Shown: positions 1 to 9,034 of the stretch, piece by piece | Numbering within the stretch: the stretch's first letter is position 1 | Layout of the letters: each line of letters begins with the position of its first letter | Assembly: GCA_038040175.1 (NCBI GenBank) | Contig: JBBPIT010000008.1 | Location: forward strand, 2,184-66,183 | Length of the DNA: 64,000 bases | Reading direction: 5' to 3' | From: Pseudomonadota bacterium | GTDB taxonomy: Bacteria > Pseudomonadota > Gammaproteobacteria > Burkholderiales > JACQAP01 | Position numbers and translations under genes: made by a program | Notes under the pieces: generated by a model | Databases searched by the model: none | What the model was told of the DNA's origin: nothing | What the model saw: the letters and a program-made list of their open reading frames with translations, nothing else

Positions 1-727
1 TCGGCATGTTGGTGATCGTGTACAGGTGGTTGAAAGTGACGCCGTGGCGCCGCGACAACTCGCGACGGAACTGCGCCTCGGCGGCGTCCTGCTTCGCCGG
101 CAGAAAAGCGCCGACCGGGTTGTGCACCAGATTCAACGCAAGGCCACTGCCTTCCACGCCGTAACCCAGGCGGTTCAGCATCTGCATGGCCAGGATGGAT
201 TTCTCGAACACTCCTTCCCCGCGCTGGGCATCGGTTTGCGAAGACTGGAAATAGGGCAGAGAGGCCACGATTTCCACGCGATGACTCGCCAGGAATTCGG
301 CGAGGTCCGCCTGCGGCTTCAGCAGCAGGACGGTGAGGTTGCAGCGGTCGATGACGTGACGCCCCAAAGCGCGCGCCTGCTCGACCAGCCAGCGGAAGTT
401 GGGATTGAGCTCCGGCGCGCCACCGGTGATATCGACTGTGGGAATGTCGGTCCGAGACAGCACCTTTATGCACAATTCTGCCGTCTCGCGCGTCATCTGC
501 TCGGTGCGCTCGGGACCGGCATCGACGTGGCAATGCCGGCAACTTTGATTGCAGAACTTTCCGACGTTGATCTGAAAAACCGTGATTCCCGTGGCATGAA
601 GCGGATGGATTCCCGCGGTCGCCAGCTTTTCCTCGAACGGCGGACAGGCCTTCGCCGCCGCAAGCCGCCTCAACTGTTCCTGGCTCGAAGCCAGCGGGTC
701 CCCCCGGGAAACGAGTGTGAGCCCCAT
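1..727 (-). CDS. arsS: radical SAM protein, arsenosugar-biosynthesis ArsS-like; 3' end runs off the window
   Basis: Absent from the ORF track because it is open at the window edge. My manual minus-strand translation from the ATG at 727 reads MGLTLVSRGDPLASSQEQLRRLAAAKACPPFEEKL...FQINVGKFCNQSCRHCHVDAGPERTEQM...VDITGGAPELNPNF...SQTDAQRGEGVFEKSI. It has the CxxxCxxC radical-SAM motif and starts 10 nt downstream of its usual AhpD-like partner. Confidence 0.75.
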   Translation of the reverse strand, partial: MGLTLVSRGDPLASSQEQLRRLAAAKACPPFEEKLATAGIHPLHATGITVFQINVGKFCNQSCRHCHVDAGPERTEQMTRETAELCIKVLSRTDIPTVDITGGAPELNPNFRWLVEQARALGRHVIDRCNLTVLLLKPQADLAEFLASHRVEIVASLPYFQSSQTDAQRGEGVFEKSILAMQMLNRLGYGVEGSGLALNLVHNPVGAFLPAKQDAAEAQFRRELSRRHGVTFNHLYTITNMP

Positions 728-737
728 GTGTGCAGTC

Positions 738-1070
738 TCACATCGACAATTTATCGACCACGTTGCGCATCTGCACACCGTGCACCAGCGACGAGCCGCC
801 ACGAATGGCACACGCAACATGTACCGCTTCGGTCATCTCCTCTACGTTCGAACCCTTCTCGAGGCAGGTCTGCGTGTAGGCGTCAATGCAGTAGGGGCAT
901 TGCACCGCATGGGCCACGCCCAGCGCGATCAACGCCTTCTCCCGCTCCGACAGCGCGCCCTCGGCGAACACCGCACCGTAGTAGCCGATGAACTTGTCCC
1001 ACAACTCCTTGTTGCCCTTGCCCATCTCGGCGAATTTGGACAAATCGTGCGGGTGGTAATAGGTTTCCAT
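738..1070 (-). CDS. AhpD-like / carboxymuconolactone decarboxylase family protein (arsenosugar biosynthesis-associated peroxidase-like)
   Basis: 110-aa ORF METYYHPHDLSKFAEMGKGNKELW...VAHAVQCPYCIDAYTQ. It has a CxxC in an AhpD-type helix and is immediately upstream of and co-oriented with arsS. Confidence 0.75.
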   Translation of the reverse strand: METYYHPHDLSKFAEMGKGNKELWDKFIGYYGAVFAEGALSEREKALIALGVAHAVQCPYCIDAYTQTCLEKGSNVEEMTEAVHVACAIRGGSSLVHGVQMRNVVDKLSM

Positions 1071-1352
1071 GCAAATTCTCCTAATTGGGCTTGTACAGCG
1101 GAAATGATACGCAGCCGGTCGCGGCTTGGATGAGTCTCCGGGAAGCTTGCAGACAGGTCAAGCAACCCCTACCGGAGCGGAAAGTCACAAGACAAACGCG
1201 GGATTCAGAAAAACCGGAAAAACCTCGACGCAAGAAGCAATAGTAAATTTCCATACCTTACAGGGAAAGATTGGTATTTCTCTGCGCCCTCTCGCCCCTC
1301 CCTTGCGTACCCCTCAAGGGGGTATTAAAAAGAATACTCTGCGTCAACGCTT

Positions 1353-1871
1353 TTATTGCCGGCCGTCGTCCGGCTGGACGCGATCGCCGAGCCGGATCAT
1401 TCCACCATCGACGATGCGCACGATGATGCCGCCGTGCCCGCGCATGGCGTTGTAACCCCCCGCGCCCAACGCCTCTTCCATCCGCGAACACGGATCGCAG
1501 GTGCCGGTGCCTTCCAGCACCGTATCGCCAATGCGGAAACGGCGGTCTCGGAGTGCATAGAGGTTGATCCCCGAAACCAGAATGTTGCGCCGGACCCACT
1601 CGGGGCGTACCTCCGGCTTGCCGAGCAGCTTCGCCACGGCGTCCAGGTGTTCCGCCTGGATCAGCGTCACCTGGCGCTTGCCGTTGTTCTTCGATGCGTA
1701 GTGATCGCCTGCCAGACCGTAACCTGCGACCGCCTCCACCCGATCGAGTGGCGCCAGCGGCGCCCGCCGTTCGAGCCGGATGCCGATCCACTCCACTTTC
1801 CCCGAGCGGGGAAAGTTGGCCATCAACTTCGCCAAATCTCCACCTGGATTCAAACCCAGCCCTTTTCTCAA
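1353..1871 (-). CDS. MOSC domain-containing protein
   Basis: 172-aa ORF with ...GDHYASKNNGKRQVTLIQAEHLDAV...NILVSGINL...FRIGDTVLEGTGTCDPCSRME.., which is the MOSC beta-barrel pattern including the conserved Cys. Confidence 0.75.
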   Translation of the reverse strand: MRKGLGLNPGGDLAKLMANFPRSGKVEWIGIRLERRAPLAPLDRVEAVAGYGLAGDHYASKNNGKRQVTLIQAEHLDAVAKLLGKPEVRPEWVRRNILVSGINLYALRDRRFRIGDTVLEGTGTCDPCSRMEEALGAGGYNAMRGHGGIIVRIVDGGMIRLGDRVQPDDGRQ

Positions 1872-1877
1872 CGCGTT

Positions 1878-3272
1878 TCAGGTCTTGTTCTTACCGACCA
1901 TGTCCTCGGGCCGGACCCACTGGTCGAACTGTTCCGCGGTGACAAAGCCGAGCTTCACGGCAGCTTCCTTGAGCGTGGTGCCTTCCTGGTAGGCTTTCTT
2001 GGCGATCTGCGCGGCCTTGTCGTAGCCGATGTGCGGATTGAGCGCGGTGACCAGCATCAGCGATTCCCGCACCGACTTTTCGATGCGTTCGCGGTTCGGT
2101 TCGATGCCGACCGCGCAATTGTCGTTGAAGCTCACCGCGCCGTCGGCGAGCAGCCGGACGCTCTGGAGGAAGTTGTGGATGATAACCGGCTTGAACACGT
2201 TCAACTCGAAGTTGCCCATCGAGCCGCCGACGTTGATGACCACGTCATTGCCGAACACCTGGCAGCAAGCCATGGTCAGCGCTTCCGACTGCGTGGGGTT
2301 CACCTTGCCCGGCATGATCGAGCTGCCCGGTTCGTTCTCCGGAATTCTGAGCTCGCCGATACCGCAGCGCGGGCCGGAGGCCAGCCAGCGGATGTCGTTG
2401 GCGATCTTCATCAGCGATGCCGCCAGCGTTTTCAGCGCCCCGTGCGCGTGAACGAGCGCATCGTTGGCCGCCAGCGCCTCGAATTTGTTGCGCGCCGCGA
2501 CGAACGGCAGCCTGGTCGCCTTCCCCAGTTCCTTCGCCACCCGCGCGCCGAACTCCGGATGCGCGTTCAGCCCGGTGCCCACGGCGGTGCCGCCCAGCGC
2601 CATTTCGCACAAGTGCGTCAATGATGCCTGTACGTGGGCGATGCCGTGGTCGAGTTGGGAAACGTAGCCGGAGAATTCCTGCCCGAGGGTCAGCGGAGTG
2701 GCGTCCTGCAGGTGGGTACGGCCGATCTTGATGATGTCGTCGAATGCCTTGGATTTCTGCGCCAGCGTGTCGCGCAACGTCTTCAGAGACGGTACCAGCC
2801 GGTCATGCAACGCCCGCACCGCGGCAACATGCATCGCGGTCGGAAAAACATCGTTGGAGGATTGCCCCTTGTTGACATCGTCGTTCGGGTGCACGAGACG
2901 CTTCTCGCCGCGGCTGCCACCGAGAATTTCCGATGCCCGGTTGGCGAGCACCTCGTTCATGTTCATGTTGGTCTGGGTGCCCGAGCCGGTCTGCCAGACC
3001 ACCAGGGGAAACTCTTCGTCATGCGTCCCGGCGATGACCTCGTCCGCTGCCTGGATGATGGCGTTGCCCTTCTTTGCATCGAGCAGGCCGAGTTCGATGT
3101 TCACCGCAGCGGCGGCGCGCTTCACCAGCGCCAGTGCGCGGATCAGCTCCAATGGCATGCGCTCGCCGGAAATGCGGAAGTTCTGCAGGCTGCGCTGGGT
3201 CGTCGCGCCCCACAGGCGGTCGGCCGGGACTTCGATCTCCCCGAACGTGTCTTTCTCTATCCTGGTTTTCAT
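1878..3272 (-). CDS. fumC: class II fumarate hydratase
   Basis: 464 aa, [32 protein letters not shown]..., with the [16 protein letters not shown] signature loop and full length. Confidence 0.95.
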   Translation of the reverse strand: MKTRIEKDTFGEIEVPADRLWGATTQRSLQNFRISGERMPLELIRALALVKRAAAAVNIELGLLDAKKGNAIIQAADEVIAGTHDEEFPLVVWQTGSGTQTNMNMNEVLANRASEILGGSRGEKRLVHPNDDVNKGQSSNDVFPTAMHVAAVRALHDRLVPSLKTLRDTLAQKSKAFDDIIKIGRTHLQDATPLTLGQEFSGYVSQLDHGIAHVQASLTHLCEMALGGTAVGTGLNAHPEFGARVAKELGKATRLPFVAARNKFEALAANDALVHAHGALKTLAASLMKIANDIRWLASGPRCGIGELRIPENEPGSSIMPGKVNPTQSEALTMACCQVFGNDVVINVGGSMGNFELNVFKPVIIHNFLQSVRLLADGAVSFNDNCAVGIEPNRERIEKSVRESLMLVTALNPHIGYDKAAQIAKKAYQEGTTLKEAAVKLGFVTAEQFDQWVRPEDMVGKNKT

Positions 3273-3284
3273 ATTCAGCCCCTA

Positions 3285-3497
3285 AACCAAGGGAAACTCA
3301 TTCAACACGAAGGGTCACGAAGGAAAGGCAAGAAAGGGGCACGAAGGAGAGACAAGGACTGAATATGAACCGAGAGAACGCCAAGGAATATCAGACAAGT
3401 TGGCCTCCGTGCTCCTCGACAATTTCGACTCGTTCCGCCCTGTTTTTCCTTCGTGTGCCTTCGTTTTTCCTTCGTGTCCTTCGTGTTCAACGCGTTT
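3285..3497. repeat. CACGAAGG-arm hairpin element (both arms)
   Basis: The left arm has CACGAAGG at 3306, 3316 and 3340. The right arm has CCTTCGTG at 3448, 3469 and 3478 and ends CCTTCGTGTTCAACGCGTTT. It fills the fumC/SDR intergenic gap. Confidence 0.85.
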
Positions 3498-3502
3498 CAT
3501 CT

Positions 3503-4216
3503 TTACCAGGGGATAGGTTTCTTGTCGCGGAAGAAACCGCCGGTGGGGCCGTCGTGCGGCAGCATCGCCAGCCAAACCGCGGTTTCGGCACCCTGCTCCA
3601 CGCTGCGTGAGGCTCCCGGCCCGCCCATGTCGGTGCGCACCCACCCCGGACACATCGAGTTCACCAGGATATTGTCCCCCTCTACCGCCTTCGCGACCAT
3701 GCGGGTAAGCGCATTGAGCGCCGTTTTCGATACCCGGTATGCCGGAGTGCCGTCGCCCATGTCATCGAGCTGGCCGAGGCCGCTGGACAGGTTCACCACC
3801 CGGCCATAGTGGTTCTTCTGCATCAGCGGCACCAGCGCCCGGCACATGCGCAGCGCGCCGTAAAAATTGGTTTCCAGCGTGGTACGGAAGGTTTCCTCCT
3901 TTTCCTTGAGCACGCTGGTCGAACGGCTATCGATCAGGATGCCGGCATTGTTCACCAGCACGTCCACCCGGCCGTACTCGCCCTCGATGTGCCTGGCGAT
4001 GGCAGCAACGCTGGCCTGATCGGTGACCTCGAGCTGTTGGTGCAAGACGTCGAGTCCTTCCTTCTCCAGTTTCTTCCGGGCCTCCCGGCCCTTCTCTGCG
4101 TCGCGGCTGGTCAGCACCACCCGCAACCCCTGGCGCGCAAGCTGACGGCAGATCTCGTAGCCGATTCCCTTGTTGCCGCCGGTCACCACCGCCAGCCGTT
4201 TGTCCATCGTTGCCAT
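3503..4216 (-). CDS. SDR family oxidoreductase (carbonyl-reductase-like)
   Basis: 237 aa with LAVVTGGNKGIGYE (TGxxxGIG) and the catalytic YRVSK (YxxxK). Confidence 0.85.
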   Translation of the reverse strand: MATMDKRLAVVTGGNKGIGYEICRQLARQGLRVVLTSRDAEKGREARKKLEKEGLDVLHQQLEVTDQASVAAIARHIEGEYGRVDVLVNNAGILIDSRSTSVLKEKEETFRTTLETNFYGALRMCRALVPLMQKNHYGRVVNLSSGLGQLDDMGDGTPAYRVSKTALNALTRMVAKAVEGDNILVNSMCPGWVRTDMGGPGASRSVEQGAETAVWLAMLPHDGPTGGFFRDKKPIPW

Positions 4217-4241
4217 TTTTGCTCCTGAGAACTAGAAAGCT

Positions 4242-4650
4242 AAACGCATTTAACACGAAGGTACACGAAGGAAAGGCAAAAAAGGATCACGAAGGAGAAC
4301 ATAGAGACTGGATATGAACCACCAAGACGTTGAGAATTCATTTCAATACCCCCTTGAGGGGTACGCCGGGAAACCTTCTATGATTGAGTTTTACATAACA
4401 GAGTGACAGCACTTGTGCGACTGCTGCCCTCACCCGCCGCTGCGCGGCGCCCTCTCCCGGAGGGCGAGGGTTTCAGTTGTCCCTCTCCCTCCGGGAGAGG
4501 GGTCGGGGTGAGGGAAGTGTCATGCAGTTACGTTATTCTCAAGAGTTAGAGCTATTTGGTCTACCGGATTTTCGCTGATACCGTCTGCTTCATTGGGTTT
4601 TTCCTTCGTGTGCCTTCTATTTTCCTGTGTACCTTCGTGTTGAATGTGTT
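4242..4650. repeat. CACGAAGG-arm hairpin element carrying a nested REP-like insertion
   Basis: The left terminus AAACGCATTTAACACGAAGG (4242-4261) is the exact reverse complement of the terminus at 48261-48280. The right arm is ...CCTTCGTGTGCCTTC...ACCTTCGTGTTGAATGTGTT. The core is interrupted by the element at 4383-4542. Confidence 0.8.
4383..4542 (+). repeat. REP-like double-hairpin element, copy A (CCCTCACCC...CTCTCCCGGAGGGCGAGGG...CCCTCTCCCTCCGGGAGAGGGG...GGGTGAGGG)
   Basis: By eye, 4419-4542 is identical to the reverse complement of 14501-14624, a 124-bp match. A flanking stretch of about 35 bp is diverged. Confidence 0.85.
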
Positions 4651-4679
4651 GATGGCCGTCCGTCAGGACGGCGTTGCTT

Positions 4680-5828
4680 TCAGGCGCCGAGGCCGGCAAG
4701 CGGATGCTCGTGCGTCTGCCAAGGACTGGCGAAGAAACCCTCGAGCCATTCCGGCGTCACTTCCGCCAACGTCGCCGGCCGCCAGCGCGGGCGCCTGTCC
4801 TTGTCGATCAGCAGCGCGCGGATGCCCTCGGCAAGATCCGGGCGGGCGGCGCAGGACAGCGACGCCACCAACTCGACGCGGAAAACGTCAGCCAGCGAGG
4901 CATGCAGCATGCGCCGATGCAGGGCATGCGACAACGCAGCCGAGCCGGGCGACCCCGCGGCAAGCGTCGCGGCGGCCTTTGACAGCCAAGCGTCCTGCGT
5001 TTTCACCCCGGTGATAGCCGCGGCGATCTCCGGCAGCGTTGCGTATCCGCACAACTCGCCGATCAGGTCGAGATGCTCGCGCAACGGGCCGGGCACCGGA
5101 CGCGCAACCGCGACGCCGCGGAGCACGTCCGTGAGCAGGCGATGACCGTCCGCAGCGTCCGCAGTCCACGGTTGCCGCATCAGGCTTTCCATGACCCGGG
5201 CCTTGTCGGCGTGTGCGATCTGGTAGTCCGCAAACCGCGCGAACAGCGCATCGGCAGCGTTCAACTGGGCACCGGTGAGCGCAAGGAAAAGGCCGCTGCG
5301 GCCCGGTGCGCGGTTGAGCAGCCAGGTACCGCCGATATCGGGATACAGGCCGATGGTGATCTCCGGCATGGCCACGCGCGAGTGCTCGGTGACCACGCGA
5401 TGGCTGGCACCCGCCATCAGCCCCAGGCCGCCTCCCATCACGATCCCGTGCCCCCAGCACAGCACCGGCTTCGGAAAAGTGTGAATCAGGTAATCGAGCC
5501 GGTACTCCCGGGAGAAGAAGGCGAGTGCGTAGGCGTTGCCGCGAATGTCGTCGCGTTGCGCCGACGCATGATGCTCCACCATGGTCCTGTAAAGGTTGTG
5601 AAGGTCGGCGCCTGCGCAAAACACCTTCTCGCCGGCCGCCTCCAGGACCACGAACGCGATGCCGGGATCGGTCGCCCACGCCGACAGGCGCTCGAAGAGC
5701 AGGTCGATCATTTCCAGCGACAGGGAATTCAGCGAATTCTCGACGTTCAGGCGGGCGACGCCCGCGCGTGCGCCGTTGTCCGCTCGACGCTCTTCGAACA
5801 TTACCGGCTGGGTCCTGAGTTCGGTCAT
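4680..5828 (-). CDS. enoyl-CoA hydratase/isomerase family protein (3-hydroxyisobutyryl-CoA hydrolase-like)
   Basis: 382 aa with ...VVLEAAGEKVFCAGADLHNLY...ITIGLYPDIGGTWLL.., showing the crotonase fold and the long C-terminal extension typical of the hydrolase subgroup. Confidence 0.8.
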   Translation of the reverse strand: MTELRTQPVMFEERRADNGARAGVARLNVENSLNSLSLEMIDLLFERLSAWATDPGIAFVVLEAAGEKVFCAGADLHNLYRTMVEHHASAQRDDIRGNAYALAFFSREYRLDYLIHTFPKPVLCWGHGIVMGGGLGLMAGASHRVVTEHSRVAMPEITIGLYPDIGGTWLLNRAPGRSGLFLALTGAQLNAADALFARFADYQIAHADKARVMESLMRQPWTADAADGHRLLTDVLRGVAVARPVPGPLREHLDLIGELCGYATLPEIAAAITGVKTQDAWLSKAAATLAAGSPGSAALSHALHRRMLHASLADVFRVELVASLSCAARPDLAEGIRALLIDKDRRPRWRPATLAEVTPEWLEGFFASPWQTHEHPLAGLGA

Positions 5829-5860
5829 GCAACATTCAAACCTGATACAGAAAAAGTCCG

Positions 5861-5912
5861 GTTAACACGAAGGATCACGAAGGAAAGACGAAGGAACACG
5901 AAGGAAAGCGAA
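5861..5912. repeat. solo CACGAAGG arm
   Basis: The sequence is GTTAACACGAAGGATCACGAAGGAAAGACGAAGGAACACGAAGGAAAG. I found no inverted partner arm before pip. Confidence 0.6.
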
Positions 5913-6041
5913 CTGAACAGGTTGCTGCGATTATACGGGAGCCACTCCGCAACCACCGCAGCCATTGCGGCCCGAGTACCGCGTTTGTGGGAGGGCGGGG
6001 TTTTTGTTATGGTTCGATGAAAGCCCACCAGGACCGATTGC

Positions 6042-7034
6042 ATGGACTACGCCGCCCCAGGAATCCGCACCGAACTTTATCCCGACATAGAGCCGCATCA
6101 GTCCGGCTATCTCAGGCTCGACCAGCGCCATGAGATGTACTGGGAAGTATCGGGAAACGACGACGGCGTGCCGGTGGTGTTCCTGCACGGCGGACCGGGC
6201 GCGGGCGCGAGCCCGATGCACCGGCGTTTCTTCGATCCGGCGCACTATCGCATCGTGATCTTCGACCAACGCGGCGCCGGCCGCTCGCGTCCACACGGCG
6301 AACTCGCCGGCAACACCACCCCGAACCTGATCGCCGATATGGAAAAGCTGCGTGCGCACCTCGGCATCGACAAGTGGATCGTATTCGGAGGGTCATGGGG
6401 CAGCACGCTGGCGCTGGCCTACGGCGAAGCGCATCCGCAACGCTGTATGGCGCTGGTGCTGCGCGGCATCTTTTTGTGCCGCAAGCTGGAGATCGACTGG
6501 TTTCTCTACGGCATGCGCTTGGTCTATCCGGAGGCGTGGAGCAAGTTCGCCGAGTTCGTTCCCGAGGCGGAGCGCAAGGACCTGCTCTCCGCTTACGCGA
6601 AGAGGCTGAACGACCCCGATCCGGAAGTGCACATGCCGGCCGCGCATCAGTGGAGCATCTACGAAGGCTCCTGTTCGACTCTGCTGCCCAGCCCTTCCAC
6701 GGTTGCACACTTTGCCGAAGACATCGTTGCGCTGGGGCTCGCCCGCATAGAGGCGCACTACTTTTCCAACGGCATCTTTCTGGCGGAGAACTCGCTGCTG
6801 GAGAACGCGGGCAGGTTGCGCTCCATTCCCGGAATCATCGTGCAGGGACGCTACGACATGGTGTGTCCGATCGTATCTGCAGACGACCTGCACCGCGCCT
6901 GGCCCGAAGCGCAGTACATCATCGTGCCCGACGCCGGCCACTCGGTCTGGGAACCGGGCATCAGCGCGCGACTGGTGGCGGCGATGGAAAGATTCAAGCG
7001 CGGGTTCGAGGGGCGAACCCCGGGGGCGTGGTGA
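6042..7034 (+). CDS. pip: prolyl aminopeptidase (proline iminopeptidase)
   Basis: 330 aa with ...VVFLHGGPGAG...IVIFDQRGAGRS...WIVFGGSWGSTLAL.., an alpha/beta hydrolase with the GxSxG nucleophile and the Pip N-terminal pattern. Confidence 0.9.
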   Translation: MDYAAPGIRTELYPDIEPHQSGYLRLDQRHEMYWEVSGNDDGVPVVFLHGGPGAGASPMHRRFFDPAHYRIVIFDQRGAGRSRPHGELAGNTTPNLIADMEKLRAHLGIDKWIVFGGSWGSTLALAYGEAHPQRCMALVLRGIFLCRKLEIDWFLYGMRLVYPEAWSKFAEFVPEAERKDLLSAYAKRLNDPDPEVHMPAAHQWSIYEGSCSTLLPSPSTVAHFAEDIVALGLARIEAHYFSNGIFLAENSLLENAGRLRSIPGIIVQGRYDMVCPIVSADDLHRAWPEAQYIIVPDAGHSVWEPGISARLVAAMERFKRGFEGRTPGAW

Positions 7035-7213
7035 TTCCGAACCGCAAGATGGTGGGTGATATCCTGCACAACTACGGCAAGATCCGGCAGCGGGACATCG
7101 TGGTGGGTGTGGCTTACGATACGGACATGAACACGGCGCTGGCCGCCATAAAAAAGCTGCAAGAGCAATATCTCAAGGGAAGGACCGGCACCACGCTTCC
7201 CGTCGTTCCATAA
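7031..7213 (+). pseudogene. internal fragment of an MscS-family mechanosensitive channel gene
   Basis: The tail of track ORF 6374..7213 reads VIPNRKMVGDILHNYGKIRQRDIVVGVAYDTDMNTALAAIKKLQEQ. This aligns to the MscS beta-domain motif (VIPN-K...N+S......IGVAYDSD). It has no TM region, no start and no C-terminal domain. Confidence 0.6.
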
Positions 7214-7267
7214 CGGGCTGCATCATGCGCAATGTGTATCGTCGGGCGGGAATTTCGAGGAGGATGA

Positions 7268-8890
7268 GTGATTCATAGCGATGCCGAGCGCCGCGCCGCG
7301 TTGATCGATCTGTGCGACCTGCGCTTCGACAACAGCTTTGTGCGCGAGCTGCCTGGCGATCTGGAGCTTCGCAACGTGCCCCGCGCGGTGCGCAACGCCT
7401 GCTATACGCGGGTCGATCCGACACCGGTGGCGTCGCCGCAGCTGCTTGCCTGGGCCGACCCGCTGGGAGAAATGCTGGGCATCGCGCGCCCGGGCTCGCC
7501 GGCGGGCCCGGCGGTGGATGTGCTCGGCGGCAACCGGGTGCTTCCCGGCATGCAGCCCTATGCGGCGCGTTACGGCGGGCACCAGTTCGGGACGTGGGCC
7601 GGACAACTCGGCGACGGCCGCGCCATCACGCTGGCCGAAGTGATGAGCCCGGACGGCAAGCGCCATGACCTGCAGTTGAAGGGCGCGGGCATGACGCCGT
7701 ATGCGCGCACCGCCGACGGCCGCGCTGTGCTGCGCTCCTCGGTGCGCGAGTTCATGTGCAGCGAGGCCATGCATTATCTCGGCGTGCCGACCACCCGGGC
7801 GCTGTCGCTGGTGGCGACCGGCGAATCCGTGGTGCGCGACATGTTCTACGACGGCAACCCGCAAGCCGAGCCGGGCGCGATCGTCTGCCGTGTCGCGCCG
7901 TCATTCGTGCGCTTCGGCAACTTCGAGATCCTCGCCGCCGGCACGGAGACGGATGCGCTCAAGCGCCTGGCCGATTACGTGATCGCCGAGCATTTCCCGG
8001 AGCTTGGAGCGCCGTCGCCTGAGACTTATGCGCGCTGGTTCGAGGAGGTCTGCCGGCGCACCGCCGTGCTGATCGTGGAATGGATGCGGGTCGGCTTCGT
8101 TCACGGCGTGATGAATACCGACAACATGTCGATACTGGGGCTGACGATCGACTACGGCCCATACGGCTGGCTCGAGGGCTACGACTTGCAGTGGACCCCC
8201 AACACCACCGATGCGCAGGGGCGGCGCTACTGCTACGGCAACCAGCCGAGCATCGCGCAATGGAACCTGGTCCGGCTCACCAATGCGATCTATCCACTGA
8301 TCAATGACAAGGCGCCGCTGGAGCAGGGGCTGGCGGTTTTCGCCGAAACGTTCGAGAGTGCCTCGGGCCGGATGCTGGCCGACAAGCTCGGGCTGGCCTC
8401 GCTCGACCGGGAAGGCGACGACCAGTTGCTCGGCGACCTGTTCGGGTTGCTGGAAGCGGTCGAGACCGACGTGACGTTGTTTTATCGCGGGCTCGCCGCG
8501 GTGCCCATGGACGGCAACGCCGGAGACAGCGCGATGATCGAGCCGCTGCGCCGGGCTTTCTATACCAGGGAAGCCGATGCACCGGAACACGTGGGCCGCC
8601 TCGCCGGCTGGCTGCGCCGCTACATCGCGCGAGCGCGGCAGGATGGCGTGCCCGCGTCAGAGCGCGTCGAGCGCATGAATCGCGCCAATCCCAAGTATGT
8701 CCTGCGCAATTACCTCGCGCAGCAGGGCATCGACGCGCTGGCGGGCGGCGATGCGTCGGTCATGGAGCGCCTGATGACGGTGTTGCAGCGCCCGTACGAC
8801 GAACAACCCGGGCACGACGAACTCGCCGCGCGCCGTCCCGAGTGGGCGCGGCACAAGCCGGGGTGCTCGGCGCTGTCGTGCAGCTCCTGA
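7268..8890 (+). CDS. selO: protein adenylyltransferase SelO (YdiU family)
   Basis: 540 aa with ...AARYGGHQFGTWAGQLGDGRAITLAEV...LQLKGAGMTPYAR..DGRAVLRSSVREF...HGVMNTDNMSILGLTIDYGPYGW. The start is GTG at 7268. Confidence 0.9.
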   Translation: MIHSDAERRAALIDLCDLRFDNSFVRELPGDLELRNVPRAVRNACYTRVDPTPVASPQLLAWADPLGEMLGIARPGSPAGPAVDVLGGNRVLPGMQPYAARYGGHQFGTWAGQLGDGRAITLAEVMSPDGKRHDLQLKGAGMTPYARTADGRAVLRSSVREFMCSEAMHYLGVPTTRALSLVATGESVVRDMFYDGNPQAEPGAIVCRVAPSFVRFGNFEILAAGTETDALKRLADYVIAEHFPELGAPSPETYARWFEEVCRRTAVLIVEWMRVGFVHGVMNTDNMSILGLTIDYGPYGWLEGYDLQWTPNTTDAQGRRYCYGNQPSIAQWNLVRLTNAIYPLINDKAPLEQGLAVFAETFESASGRMLADKLGLASLDREGDDQLLGDLFGLLEAVETDVTLFYRGLAAVPMDGNAGDSAMIEPLRRAFYTREADAPEHVGRLAGWLRRYIARARQDGVPASERVERMNRANPKYVLRNYLAQQGIDALAGGDASVMERLMTVLQRPYDEQPGHDELAARRPEWARHKPGCSALSCSS

Positions 8891-9034
8891 GCTGCGAGAG
8901 ACACTCGGTGATGCAGTGATGAAGTGACGCAGTGACGAGAACCGGGGCGAATCACGACTCACGATTCACGTCTTTCCGACCAGACGAGTGCTTAATCGAG
9001 CCTGGCCCCTTAATCCCCTTAATCCTCTTAATCT
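8891..9034. repeat. motif-array hairpin element (GTGAYG arm / CRTCAC arm) plus CTTAATCC x3
   Basis: GTGATGCAGTGATGAAGTGACGCAGTGACGAG faces ATCACGACTCACGATTCACGTC, followed by CCCCTTAATCCCCTTAATCCTCTTAATC. It lies between convergent selO and the LLM gene. Confidence 0.55.

Noticed and set aside
1356-2624. Long ORFs on the strand opposite to well-supported genes. Examples: 1356..2624 +, 14762..16384 +, 16447..17787 +, 18423..20327 +, 26137..28536 -, 38150..39598 +, 41380..42819 +, 42816..44231 +, 60188..61738 -, 53661..55163 +.
   Set aside because: They mirror confidently identified genes (fumC, uxaA-family, ilvD-family, permeases, M14 peptidase, nrdA, HDAC, pilR, PaaK-like, Fe-S protein). They translate to Arg/Ala/Gly/Pro/His-rich low-information sequence typical of antisense frames in GC-rich DNA, and they show no recognisable motifs.
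3285-4650. Could the arrays of CACGAAGG/CCTTCGTG units be CRISPR arrays?
   Set aside because: The repeat unit is only 8 nt. Spacers are 2-16 nt. The two halves are mutually inverted rather than direct. No cas genes occur in the window. The architecture is that of hairpin/REP- or MITE-like elements.
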